DNA of 63,718 nucleotides from Eubacteriales bacterium (lineage in GTDB: Bacteria > Bacillota > Clostridia > Oscillospirales > CAG-272), in the NCBI GenBank assembly GCA_045531485.1, contig JAZSEC010000061.1, forward strand, positions 1 through 63,718, written 5' to 3'. Both the position numbers and the translations under genes were made by a program. The notes under the pieces were generated by a model, which was not told the origin of the DNA, did not search any database, and was given only the letters and a program-made list of their open reading frames with translations. This document shows positions 1-8,593 of this stretch, piece by piece. Each line of letters opens with the position of its first letter. Within the stretch, counting starts at the first letter, position 1.

Positions 1-147
1 ATGAAGAGAATCAACACTATCGAAACTAAGGATATTGCAAAGACCGTTGAGAACGGTGGCTGCGGCGAGTGCCAGACCTCCTGCCAGTCTGCTTGCAAGA
101 CCTCTTGCGGCGTTGCAAATCAGCAGTGCGAGAATCAGAACAAGTAA
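1..147 (+). CDS. scfA: SCIFF (six-cysteines-in-forty-five) ranthipeptide precursor, 48 aa
   Basis: Below the 60-aa cutoff of the ORF track, so read by hand: MKRINTIETKDIAKTVENGGCGECQTSCQSACKTSCGVANQQCENQNK*. The GGCGECQTSCQSACKTSC core is the SCIFF family signature as I remember it. The gene lies directly upstream of its radical SAM maturase. Its ATG is base 1, so promoter and RBS are outside the window. Confidence 0.9.
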   Translation: MKRINTIETKDIAKTVENGGCGECQTSCQSACKTSCGVANQQCENQNK

Positions 148-161
148 TTTGATTTTCAAAG

Positions 162-195
162 GGCGTCGCAATTTGATTGCGACGCCTTATTTTTG
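162..195 (+). terminator. Intrinsic terminator/attenuator between precursor and maturase
   Basis: An 11-bp stem (GGCGTCGCAAT/ATTGCGACGCC) is followed by TTATTTTT, 15 nt after the scfA stop and 65 nt before the scfB start. Confidence 0.7.
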
Positions 196-260
196 CCTGA
201 CGGCCGTTTTTAAGCAGAGTAAAGGACGGCTATTTAGTGGTTTTAAGGAGAAAAAATACA

Positions 261-1637
261 ATGGTACACCAGTACAAGCTTAACGGATATAATATTGTTC
301 TCGATACTGCATCGGGCTCGGTGCATACCGTGGACGAGGTGGCTTATGACATTATTGAGATGTATAAGACCCACACTCCCGAGCAGATAGTAGAGGAGAT
401 AATGAAGAGATACGGTCATCTTGACGACGTAAACGAGTCGGAGATTCTTGACTGTATCGAGGATATAAGATCGCTTGAGGCGGCCGGAAAGCTCTTTTCC
501 ACCGACGCCTACGAGGGTCTTGCCACTAATTTTAAGAATAACAGCAAGGTTGTAAAGGCACTTTGCCTTCACGTTGCTCATACCTGTAACCTTAACTGCT
601 CCTACTGCTTCGCAAGTCAGGGTAAATATCAGGGTGACCGTGCTTTAATGTCCTTTGAGGTAGGTAAGCGTGCTCTTGATTTCCTTATGGAGAATTCGGG
701 CACCAGACGTAACCTTGAGGTAGACTTCTTCGGCGGCGAGCCCTCGCTTAACTTTGACGTGGTAAAGCGTCTGGTCGAGTATGCAAGAGAGGTGGAGGGC
801 GAGCGTGGCAAGAACTTCCGCTTTACCTATACCACCAACGGTATGATCCTCACCGACGAGATGATCGAGTTCCTTAACAAGGAGTGTCATAACGTGGTTC
901 TTTCTCTCGACGGCAGAAAAGAGGTAGACGACCACTTCCGTGTTGACTATACCGGTAAGGGCAGCTATGATACCATCGTTCCCAACTTCAAGCGACTTGT
1001 TGAGAGCCGCGGCGGCAAGGGATATTACGTGCGTGGTACATATACCCATAACAACGTTGATTTTACCAACGATATTATTCACATGGCGGATCTCGGCTTC
1101 ACCGAGCTTTCTATGGAGCCTGTGGTTTGTCCTCCCGGCGATCCTTACGCTCTTACCGAGGAGGATCTTCCCATTCTCTTCGAGCAGTATGAGATTCTTG
1201 CTAAGGAGATGATAAAGAGAAGAAGAGAGGGACGTCCCTTCACCTTCTATCACTATATGCTTGACCTCAAGCACGGCCCCTGCATTTATAAGAGAATCAC
1301 CGGCTGTGGCTCGGGTACCGAGTATATGGCGGTTACACCCTGGGGTGACCTTTATCCCTGCCACCAGTTCGTTGGCGACGAGAAATATCTTCTCGGCAAT
1401 ATCTTTGACGGTGTGAAGAACACCGCAGTTCAGGACGAGTTCCGTAGCTGCAACGCCTACTCCCGCGAGGAGTGTAAGGGCTGCTGGGCACAGCTTTATT
1501 GCTCGGGCGGCTGTGCTGCCAACTCCTATCACGCTACCGGCTCTATCGGCGGTGTGTATAAGTATGGCTGTGAGCTCTTTAAGAAGCGTATTGAGTGTGC
1601 GGTTATGTTAAACGTAGCCGAGGCGGAGCAGAGCTGA
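261..1637 (+). CDS. scfB: SCIFF radical SAM/SPASM thioether-forming maturase
   Basis: Start moved to MVHQYKLNGYNIV (ATG 261), which has AGGAG about 10 nt upstream. CNLNCSYC (CX3CX2C) lies about 108 aa in, after an N-terminal extension. The Cys-rich C-terminus (CGSG...YPC...CKGCWAQLYCSGGC...C) is SPASM-like. It is adjacent to scfA. Confidence 0.9.
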   Translation: MVHQYKLNGYNIVLDTASGSVHTVDEVAYDIIEMYKTHTPEQIVEEIMKRYGHLDDVNESEILDCIEDIRSLEAAGKLFSTDAYEGLATNFKNNSKVVKALCLHVAHTCNLNCSYCFASQGKYQGDRALMSFEVGKRALDFLMENSGTRRNLEVDFFGGEPSLNFDVVKRLVEYAREVEGERGKNFRFTYTTNGMILTDEMIEFLNKECHNVVLSLDGRKEVDDHFRVDYTGKGSYDTIVPNFKRLVESRGGKGYYVRGTYTHNNVDFTNDIIHMADLGFTELSMEPVVCPPGDPYALTEEDLPILFEQYEILAKEMIKRRREGRPFTFYHYMLDLKHGPCIYKRITGCGSGTEYMAVTPWGDLYPCHQFVGDEKYLLGNIFDGVKNTAVQDEFRSCNAYSREECKGCWAQLYCSGGCAANSYHATGSIGGVYKYGCELFKKRIECAVMLNVAEAEQS

Positions 1638-1690
1638 CGGAATCCGGTTTTTTAGTCTGAATCCGAACGGTCTACGTAAAGGAGAGCGTT

Positions 1691-3007
1691 ATGACAACAC
1701 CAATTTTTGATTTTGTAAGGGCTTACGCTGATAAAAAAAACACCCGCCTTCACATGCCCGGTCATAAGGGTAGGGGAGTGCTGGGCTGCGAGGCTCTTGA
1801 TATAACCGAGATAGGCGGGGCAGACGTGCTTTACTCTGCGGAGGGCATAATTGCCGAGAGCGAGGATAATCTCTCGCGTCTTTACAAAACGGCTCATAGC
1901 TTCTATTCCACCGAGGGCTCGACCCTGGCCATTAAGGCTATGCTTGCTATGGTAAGCGAGAGGGAGGGCGGCGAGCGTCCGCTGATCCTGGCGGCGAGAA
2001 ACGTACATGCATCCTTTGTTCGTGCCGCGGCATTGCTTGATCTTGACGTGGAGTGGATATATCCTAACGAGGAGCAGCATCTTTGCAGCTGTGTGATCTC
2101 TCCCCGCGATATTCAGATGGCTGTTGAGGGTAGCAGCAGAAGGATCTCTGCCGTTTATATCACCTCGCCCGATTATCTTGGCGGTATGTCCAATATATCC
2201 CACCTGGCACGAACCTGCAACAGATACGGCATTCCGCTTCTGGTGGATAACGCCCACGGTGCTTATCTGAAGTTTCTTGAGGAGGATATGCATCCAATCA
2301 GCCTCGGTGCCGCTTTGTGTGCCGATTCCGCACATAAAACTCTGCCTGCTTTGACCGGTGGAGCATACCTTCATGTTTCGCCGGATTTTGAGTCCTTTGT
2401 ACCAAAAAGTAGGGGGGCGTTGTCGCTTTTTGCGTCCACAAGTCCGTCTTACCTGACCCTTTCCTCCCTCGATCTTTGTAACGAAAGACTCGCAAATGAC
2501 TATCCCGAGAGAATACAGGCTCTTGCGAGGAGAATAGCTCATATTAAGGCTGAGATAGCCTCGCTTGGCTTTACCGTTTGCGATAGCGAGCCGCTTAAGA
2601 TTACCGTAAAGCTGGGTGACATTCTGGCAGAGCATCTAAGAGCCTGCGGTATTGAGCCCGAGTTCTCCGATTCGGATTACACCGTTCTTATGCTGACGCC
2701 CGAGAACACGGAGGAGGATCTCCATAGACTACTGTCTGCCTTTTCTTCCTTTGAGGGGGAAAAAACGACTGGCTACACCGACGTTTATGCCACCAAGCCT
2801 CATGAGGCGGTGCTTTCCATAAGGGATGCAGTGCTTTCTCCCGGTGAAATTATTCCCGTGGAGCATAGCGAGGGTCGCATCTGTGCCACTCCCACCGTGT
2901 CCTGTCCTCCTGCCGTTCCCATCGTTATCAGCGGTGAGAGGATAACAAGGTATGATATCGATCTGTTCAGGCACTACGGCATCAAAACCGTTGCCGTCGT
3001 TAAATAA
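1691..3007 (+). CDS. PLP-dependent Orn/Lys/Arg decarboxylase family protein
   Basis: N-terminal HMPGHKG motif and a SAHKTLP PLP-lysine motif; 438 aa; AAGGAGAG RBS. Confidence 0.75.
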   Translation: MTTPIFDFVRAYADKKNTRLHMPGHKGRGVLGCEALDITEIGGADVLYSAEGIIAESEDNLSRLYKTAHSFYSTEGSTLAIKAMLAMVSEREGGERPLILAARNVHASFVRAAALLDLDVEWIYPNEEQHLCSCVISPRDIQMAVEGSSRRISAVYITSPDYLGGMSNISHLARTCNRYGIPLLVDNAHGAYLKFLEEDMHPISLGAALCADSAHKTLPALTGGAYLHVSPDFESFVPKSRGALSLFASTSPSYLTLSSLDLCNERLANDYPERIQALARRIAHIKAEIASLGFTVCDSEPLKITVKLGDILAEHLRACGIEPEFSDSDYTVLMLTPENTEEDLHRLLSAFSSFEGEKTTGYTDVYATKPHEAVLSIRDAVLSPGEIIPVEHSEGRICATPTVSCPPAVPIVISGERITRYDIDLFRHYGIKTVAVVK

Positions 3008-3040
3008 AAAAGCTCCCTTGAAAAAGGGAGCTTTACTTTT
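3005..3040. terminator. Bidirectional intrinsic terminator
   Basis: AGCTCCCTT-GAAAA-AGGGAGCT hairpin flanked by an A-run and a T-rich run, between convergent genes. Confidence 0.75.
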
Positions 3041-3888
3041 CAGTCTGTTATAGACGCAGATCTGCTTTCCTCGGTATCCTCGGCCACGGAAGAGCCTTCG
3101 GCCGACCTTCTCTCGGACAGCTTTTTATTTATAAGCATATACACTCCGTAAAAGGCGGCAATGTATATAAGGAACAGAAGAATTACCATCATGGGATAAA
3201 GCACAGGATTCCCGCCTACGAGATTGTAGAGAATATCGTAAGGGGTACCGTCACCGCTGACAAGGAACATATAGTTGTAAGGAACTATGGTATTGCCGAT
3301 TCCCGCCAGACCGCAGAAGGCGAGAAGGATAGCGTATGTTATGGGAATGTTCCTTGGCTTCATGCTTTTCATACCCGATATGCCGATATAAACGGTAGTA
3401 AAGCCGGCGATGGTGTGGGTGAGGGCAGAGAAAAGATTGTCAAAGGAAATTACAGGATAGGCGGCGTAGTTCTGTCCTGCTCCATAGGTGCCAAGCACCG
3501 AACCCAACATGCCGAAGATAAAGACGAAATCAAGGCTTGCCTCCTTCAGCCTTCCCTTAGATAAGGCGGCAACCGGTATGGCGATAAGCTGTATACTGCA
3601 AAGGAAAAGGGGAAGCTCGTATAGAACTCTGTCCGGCTCACCGCTTCTGATACAGGATATTATAATTCTGATTATCTCGATAGAGTCGAGAATTACAGCC
3701 GTCCATATAAGAATCTTATTTTTCTTATCGTAGCTTTCGCCGCGGAATCTTCGCCCGAAATATATAGCAAGAATGATTGTCACAGCGAGAAATGAGCTGA
3801 CAAAAACCAGATGCTGCCAGGACAGAAAGCCCTCAGCAGGACGCTCGTATCCTCCAAAGCCGAAAAATTCTCTGAAAATTTCTTTCAT
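3040..3888 (-). CDS. Polytopic integral membrane protein, YwaF/TMEM164-like
   Basis: About 7 predicted TM helices and an LPLFLC motif typical of the YwaF (TIGR02206-type) family as I remember it. Assigned by eye only. Confidence 0.5.
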   Translation of the reverse strand: MKEIFREFFGFGGYERPAEGFLSWQHLVFVSSFLAVTIILAIYFGRRFRGESYDKKNKILIWTAVILDSIEIIRIIISCIRSGEPDRVLYELPLFLCSIQLIAIPVAALSKGRLKEASLDFVFIFGMLGSVLGTYGAGQNYAAYPVISFDNLFSALTHTIAGFTTVYIGISGMKSMKPRNIPITYAILLAFCGLAGIGNTIVPYNYMFLVSGDGTPYDILYNLVGGNPVLYPMMVILLFLIYIAAFYGVYMLINKKLSERRSAEGSSVAEDTEESRSASITD

Positions 3889-3977
3889 TTTGCAATCCTC
3901 AAAATAAAGTAATTAACTTAATTATACAGGATAGAATAGAGCTTGTAAATAGGATTGTTGTTTTTTGTAAAAAAATG

Positions 3978-4742
3978 TCAGATCTTCAGGCTGACCTCTC
4001 CGGTAAAGAGGCTTTCGATACCGCCCTTCGTCCTTATTTTAAGCGAAAAGTCGGGGTTTATATCCAGCACCTCGGCATCATAGCTTTCGCTAAGCTTCAT
4101 TACTGTCACGCTCCTGCCGATTATAAAGGATCTTTCCTTGTATTCGGTATAGTAATCACCCGACTCGGCGAGCATTTCTTTTATGATATAAGCCACAAGC
4201 TTTGATCTGTCTATTCTGCAATTTTTCTCTCCCTCAATCGAGGTTGCGATAGTCGAAATCTCATCTGAAATCGCGTTTTTGTAAACATTTATTCCCATTC
4301 CGACCACCTGATAGGCGATTTTGCCCTCATCTGACATCTCTCCCTCGGTGAGAATTCCTGCCAGCTTTTTGCCTCCAAGATACAGATCGTTCACCCATTT
4401 TATCTTGATTTCACAGTTGCACACCGATTCTATGGCTTTCGCCAGCGATACGGCTGCTCTCGCCGTTACCGTGGTAGTATCTCTGCCTGACTCTTTAGGG
4501 TAGGTGAGGAAGGAAATATATATTCCTGCACCCCTCTCGGACACAAAGCTGCGACCTCGTCTGCCACGTCCTGCCGTCTGTCCGTCGGCAATTAGCACCA
4601 CCGTATCGGAGTTTTTTGGATTTTCTCTTGCAAGCTCCCTGGCTCTTGTGTTGGTCGAGTCGGTAAGCTCGTAGTAAATAATTCTCGGCGAGGATACGCC
4701 AAGATTCTTAAGCTCTTCCTTTATTCTGTCAACGCTTAACAT
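3978..4742 (-). CDS. birA: Biotin--[acetyl-CoA-carboxylase] ligase, group I (no N-terminal HTH)
   Basis: GRGRRGRSF (GRGRxGR) biotin-binding loop. At 254 aa the protein begins directly with the catalytic domain. Confidence 0.85.
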   Translation of the reverse strand: MLSVDRIKEELKNLGVSSPRIIYYELTDSTNTRARELARENPKNSDTVVLIADGQTAGRGRRGRSFVSERGAGIYISFLTYPKESGRDTTTVTARAAVSLAKAIESVCNCEIKIKWVNDLYLGGKKLAGILTEGEMSDEGKIAYQVVGMGINVYKNAISDEISTIATSIEGEKNCRIDRSKLVAYIIKEMLAESGDYYTEYKERSFIIGRSVTVMKLSESYDAEVLDINPDFSLKIRTKGGIESLFTGEVSLKI

Positions 4743-4817
4743 ATCCCGCCTCCTTTTTCTTAAAGTATATCACTTGATCGACCCGAAGTCAAGGCAAAAA
4801 TATTTTTGCCCTGACTA

Positions 4818-4846
4818 TTGACTTTTTTATATTTTTAAACTATAAT
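4818..4846 (+). promoter_or_regulatory. Sigma-A promoter of the ileS leader
   Basis: TTGACT (4818-4823), 17-nt spacer, TATAAT (4841-4846). Confidence 0.7.
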
Positions 4847-4852
4847 AGTGAA

Positions 4853-5090
4853 GTAATAACTGTGACGGAGACAGTAGTGAGGGTAAAAGCGTGCAGAGAA
4901 GCGGCGTTTGGTGCGAGCCGTAAGCGAGTAGCCCCCGACGAAGATCACTCCCGAGTTGCTCGGCCGAACTATAGTAGGCCCTGCCGTCTGCCGCGTTAAG
5001 GCGTAAGAGATGCAGAATTTATTCTGTAATTTCGGGTGGTACCGCGTGTTTTTCGCCCCGATGGTTTTTGACCGTCGGGGCTTTTTATTT
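4853..5090 (+). promoter_or_regulatory. T-box leader (Ile specifier)
   Basis: Conserved T-box sequence GGGTGGTACCGCG at 5034-5046. AGAGA/GTGA stem I elements are present. A candidate specifier ATC (4944-4946) is followed by a purine. The terminator stem GCCCCGATGG/ACCGTCGGGGC plus T-run lies at 5055-5090. The element is directly upstream of ileS. Confidence 0.85.
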
Positions 5091-5147
5091 TATCTGTGCC
5101 TTCCCGAATAAACACTTGATTTTTATTAATTTTTTGGAGATAAATCT

Positions 5148-8100
5148 ATGGAACTTTACGAAAAGGTGTCAACGAACCTGAATTTCGTTGAAAGAGAAAA
5201 GCAGACGAGAAAATTCTGGGAGGACAACCAGGTATTCGAGAAGTCTATCGAGCTTCGTGAGGGTGGAGAGAACTACACCTTCTTCGATGGTCCCCCTACC
5301 GCAAACGGCAAGCCTCATATCGGCCACGTTCTTACCAGAGTTATCAAGGATATGATCCCCAGATACCATACCATGAAGGGCAGACGCGTTCTTCGTAAGG
5401 CAGGATGGGATACTCACGGTCTTCCCGTCGAGCTTGAGGTTGAGAAGAAGCTTGGCATCGACGGAAAGGATCAGATCGAGGCATACGGTCTTGAGCCATT
5501 TCTCGCTCACTGTAAGGAGTCCGTATGGACCTACAAGGGCATGTGGGAGGATTTCTCGGGCACCGTTGGCTTCTGGGCTGATATGGATAACCCCTACGTT
5601 ACCTATACCAACGACTTTATCGAGTCGGAGTGGTGGGCACTTAAGAAGATCTGGGACAAGGGTCTGCTCTATAAGGGCTTTAAGATCGTTCCCTATTGCC
5701 CTCGCTGTGGCACACCTCTCAGTAGCCACGAGGTTGCTCAGGGATATAAGGCGGTTAAGGAGAGAAGTGCTGTCGTTCGCTTTAAGTGTGTTGATGAGGA
5801 TGCATATTTCCTCGCCTGGACGACTACTCCCTGGACACTTCCTTCAAACGTTGCACTTTGTGTAAACCCCTCGGACACCTACTGTAAGGTAAAGGCTGCC
5901 GACGGCTACACCTACTATATGGCAAAGGCTCTGCTCGATTCCATCCTTGGCGGCATCAAGCGTGAGGAGGGAACTCCCGCTTACGAGATCCTTGAGGAGA
6001 TGAAGGGTATTGACCTTGAGGGCAGAGGCTACGAGGCTCTTTGGGATTGCACCAGAGAGTGTGCAAAGAGCCAGGGCAAAAAGGCTCATTATATCACCGC
6101 CGACAACTACGTTACCATGTCCGACGGTACCGGCATCGTACACATTGCTCCCGCCTTTGGTGAGGACGATAACAAGGTTGGCCGCCGTTACGGTCTTCCC
6201 TTCGTACAGTTCGTTGACGGCAAGGGTCAGATGACCGAGGAAACTCCCTACGCAGGCCTCTTCGTTAAGAAGGCAGATCCCGTGATCATCGCCGATCTTG
6301 AGAAGGAGGGTAAGCTCTTCTCCGCACCCAAGTTCGAGCACGACTATCCTCACTGCTGGAGATGTAACACTCCTCTTATCTACTATGCACGCGACACCTG
6401 GTTCATCGAGATGACTAAGGTGCGTGACAATCTTATCAAGAATAATAACACCGTAAACTGGATTCCCGAAAATATCGGTAAGGGACGCTTTGGCGACTGG
6501 CTTCAGAACGTACAGGACTGGGGTCTTTCCCGTAACAGATATTGGGGTACTCCTCTTAATATTTGGGAATGCTCCTGCGGTCATAAGCACTCCATCGGCT
6601 CTATTGAGGAGCTGAAGGCTATGTCCGATAACTGCCCCGATAACATCGAGCTTCACCGTCCCTATATCGACGCCGTTACTCTTAAGTGTGAGAAGTGCGG
6701 TGGCGAGATGAAGCGTGTTCCGGAGGTTATCGACTGCTGGTTCGACTCCGGCTCTATGCCCTTCGCACAGTGGCACTATCCCTTTGAGAACAAAGAGATC
6801 TTCGAGAGTCAGTTCCCCGCAGACTTCATCTCCGAGGGCGTTGACCAGACTCGTGGCTGGTTCTACTCTCTGATGGCGATCTCCACCCTTATCTTCGATT
6901 GTGCACCCTATAAGAACGTTCTCGTTCTCGGTCACGTGCTTGATAAGGAGGGACAGAAGATGTCCAAGTCCAAGGGTAATGCGGTCGATCCCTTCGAGGC
7001 ACTTGAGCAGTACGGTGCCGACGCTATCCGTTGGTACTTCTACTCCAACTCTGCACCCTGGCTTCCTAACCGCTTCTTCGGTGACGCGGTAGTTGAGGGA
7101 CAGAGAAAGCTTATGGGTACTCTCTGGAACACCTATGCCTTCTACGTGCTTTATGCCAATATCGACGGCTTTGATCCCACTAAGTACACCCTTGATAAGT
7201 CCACTCTCTCCGTAATGGACAGATGGGTTCTCTCCAAGCTTAATTCCACCGTTAAGGCGGTTGATAACTATCTTGCAAATTATAAGCTCCCCGAGGCATC
7301 CCGTGCTCTTGAGAGCTTCGTTGACGGACTTTCCAACTGGTACGTTCGCCGCAGCCGTGAGAGATTCTGGGCGAAGGATATGCCCACCGATAAGGTAAAT
7401 GCATATCTCACCCTCTACACAGCTCTTGTTACTATTGCCAAGACCGCTGCTCCCATGATCCCCTTCATGACCGAGGATATTTATCGTAACCTGGTTTGCT
7501 CGGTTGATAAGTCTGCTCCCATCTCCATCCACCTCTGCGACTATCCCGAGGTAGACGAGAGCCTCATTGACAAGGATCTTGAGGAAAATATGGACGAGGT
7601 TATCGACGTTGTAGTTCTCGGACGTGCATGCCGTAATGCTGCCGCTATCAAGAACCGTCAGCCCGTGGCTAAGATGTACGTTAAGGCAGACAAGACTCCC
7701 GATGCAAGCTTCATCTCGGTAATCGCCGAGGAGCTTAACGTTAAGGAGGTTATCTTCACCGACAACGTATCCGATTTCACCACCTATACCTTCAAGCCCC
7801 AGCTTCGTACCGTAGGACCTAAGTACGGTAAGTATCTTGGCGGCATCAGAAATACTCTTGCAACCATCGATGGCAACGCGGCATACTCCGAGCTTAAGGC
7901 AAACGGTCATATCAAGTTTACCGTAAACGGTGACGAGATTATTCTCGCAGAGGAGGATCTCCTTATCGAGATGACCAAGAAGGAGGGCTACGAGTCCCTT
8001 GGTGACCGTGGTGTTACCGTTGTAATTGACAAGAATCTTACTCCCGAGCTTATTGAGGAGGGTAACGTTCGTGAGATCATCTCCAAGATCCAGACCATGC

Positions 8101-8306
8101 GTAAGGATAGTGGCTTTGAGGTTATGGACAACATCCGTATCGCCTTCTCGGGCAACGACGTTGTAGCCGACATTGCTACCCGCAACGCAGAGGAGATCAA
8201 GGATGAGACCCTCGGCGTAGAGCTTACTATTGGCAACGTTCTCACTCACGCAAAGGAGTGGAATATTAACGGTGAAAAGGTTGTAATTTCCGTAGAGAAA
8301 ATATAA
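5148..8306 (+). CDS. ileS: Isoleucine--tRNA ligase (long type 2 form, 1052 aa)
   Basis: PHIGH (HIGH) and KMSKS class I motifs, a CP1 editing region and C-terminal Zn-ribbon Cys pairs. The Ile T-box lies upstream. Confidence 0.97.
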   Translation: MELYEKVSTNLNFVEREKQTRKFWEDNQVFEKSIELREGGENYTFFDGPPTANGKPHIGHVLTRVIKDMIPRYHTMKGRRVLRKAGWDTHGLPVELEVEKKLGIDGKDQIEAYGLEPFLAHCKESVWTYKGMWEDFSGTVGFWADMDNPYVTYTNDFIESEWWALKKIWDKGLLYKGFKIVPYCPRCGTPLSSHEVAQGYKAVKERSAVVRFKCVDEDAYFLAWTTTPWTLPSNVALCVNPSDTYCKVKAADGYTYYMAKALLDSILGGIKREEGTPAYEILEEMKGIDLEGRGYEALWDCTRECAKSQGKKAHYITADNYVTMSDGTGIVHIAPAFGEDDNKVGRRYGLPFVQFVDGKGQMTEETPYAGLFVKKADPVIIADLEKEGKLFSAPKFEHDYPHCWRCNTPLIYYARDTWFIEMTKVRDNLIKNNNTVNWIPENIGKGRFGDWLQNVQDWGLSRNRYWGTPLNIWECSCGHKHSIGSIEELKAMSDNCPDNIELHRPYIDAVTLKCEKCGGEMKRVPEVIDCWFDSGSMPFAQWHYPFENKEIFESQFPADFISEGVDQTRGWFYSLMAISTLIFDCAPYKNVLVLGHVLDKEGQKMSKSKGNAVDPFEALEQYGADAIRWYFYSNSAPWLPNRFFGDAVVEGQRKLMGTLWNTYAFYVLYANIDGFDPTKYTLDKSTLSVMDRWVLSKLNSTVKAVDNYLANYKLPEASRALESFVDGLSNWYVRRSRERFWAKDMPTDKVNAYLTLYTALVTIAKTAAPMIPFMTEDIYRNLVCSVDKSAPISIHLCDYPEVDESLIDKDLEENMDEVIDVVVLGRACRNAAAIKNRQPVAKMYVKADKTPDASFISVIAEELNVKEVIFTDNVSDFTTYTFKPQLRTVGPKYGKYLGGIRNTLATIDGNAAYSELKANGHIKFTVNGDEIILAEEDLLIEMTKKEGYESLGDRGVTVVIDKNLTPELIEEGNVREIISKIQTMRKDSGFEVMDNIRIAFSGNDVVADIATRNAEEIKDETLGVELTIGNVLTHAKEWNINGEKVVISVEKI

Positions 8307-8311
8307 TTATC

Positions 8312-8508
8312 GGCAAATTTTGGCTATAATTCCCGACTGCTCCCACATTTTTAAGCCTTCCCCAGCGAAGCGTGTTGGGGAAGGGGGACCGCCCCTGCGG
8401 TGGATGAGGTCGCCTTCGGGTCGCATTCAAGGATTCTATCTCAAAATTTCCACGATACTTACTTTACCTTTATGCTTTGTATCACTCAGGCAAATTTTGG
8501 ATATAATT
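8312..8508. repeat. About 177-bp intergenic element bounded by 20-bp direct repeats
   Basis: GGCAAATTTTGGCTATAATT (8312-8331) and GGCAAATTTTGGATATAATT (8489-8508) match at 19 of 20 positions. The interior is GC-rich with the hairpin CCTTCCCCA-N11-TGGGGAAGG. Confidence 0.6.
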
Positions 8509-8526
8509 TTTGGCCATAACTAAAAA

Positions 8527-8567
8527 ATAAAAAAACGGCGATACGTATCGCCGTTTTTTTGTTTTTT
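8527..8567. terminator. Bidirectional intrinsic terminator
   Basis: ACGGCGATACGTATCGCCGT hairpin flanked by an A-run and a T-run, between the convergent ileS and oxidoreductase genes. Confidence 0.8.
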
Positions 8568-8593
8568 GAAGCAAAAGCTCCGTTGATTGTTTG

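Noticed and set aside
35-283. 82-aa ORF overlapping the SCIFF gene region
   Set aside because: It is out of frame with the recognisable SCIFF peptide, it crosses the terminator hairpin, and its composition is Ala/Arg/Leu-rich junk.
4743-4817. Biotin operator upstream of birA
   Set aside because: This BirA is the short group I form without a DNA-binding domain, and no palindrome is present.
5844-8249. 801-aa minus-strand ORF
   Set aside because: It is antisense to ileS, with a Val/Gly/Leu-rich nonsense composition, and is a shadow ORF. The smaller ORFs inside ileS on both strands are rejected for the same reason.
8320-8523. 67-aa plus-strand ORF (and the 91-aa minus-strand ORF at 8482-8757) in the ileS downstream spacer
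   Set aside because: Neither has an RBS. One crosses the hairpin-rich repeat-bounded element, and the other runs into the oxidoreductase 3' end out of frame.
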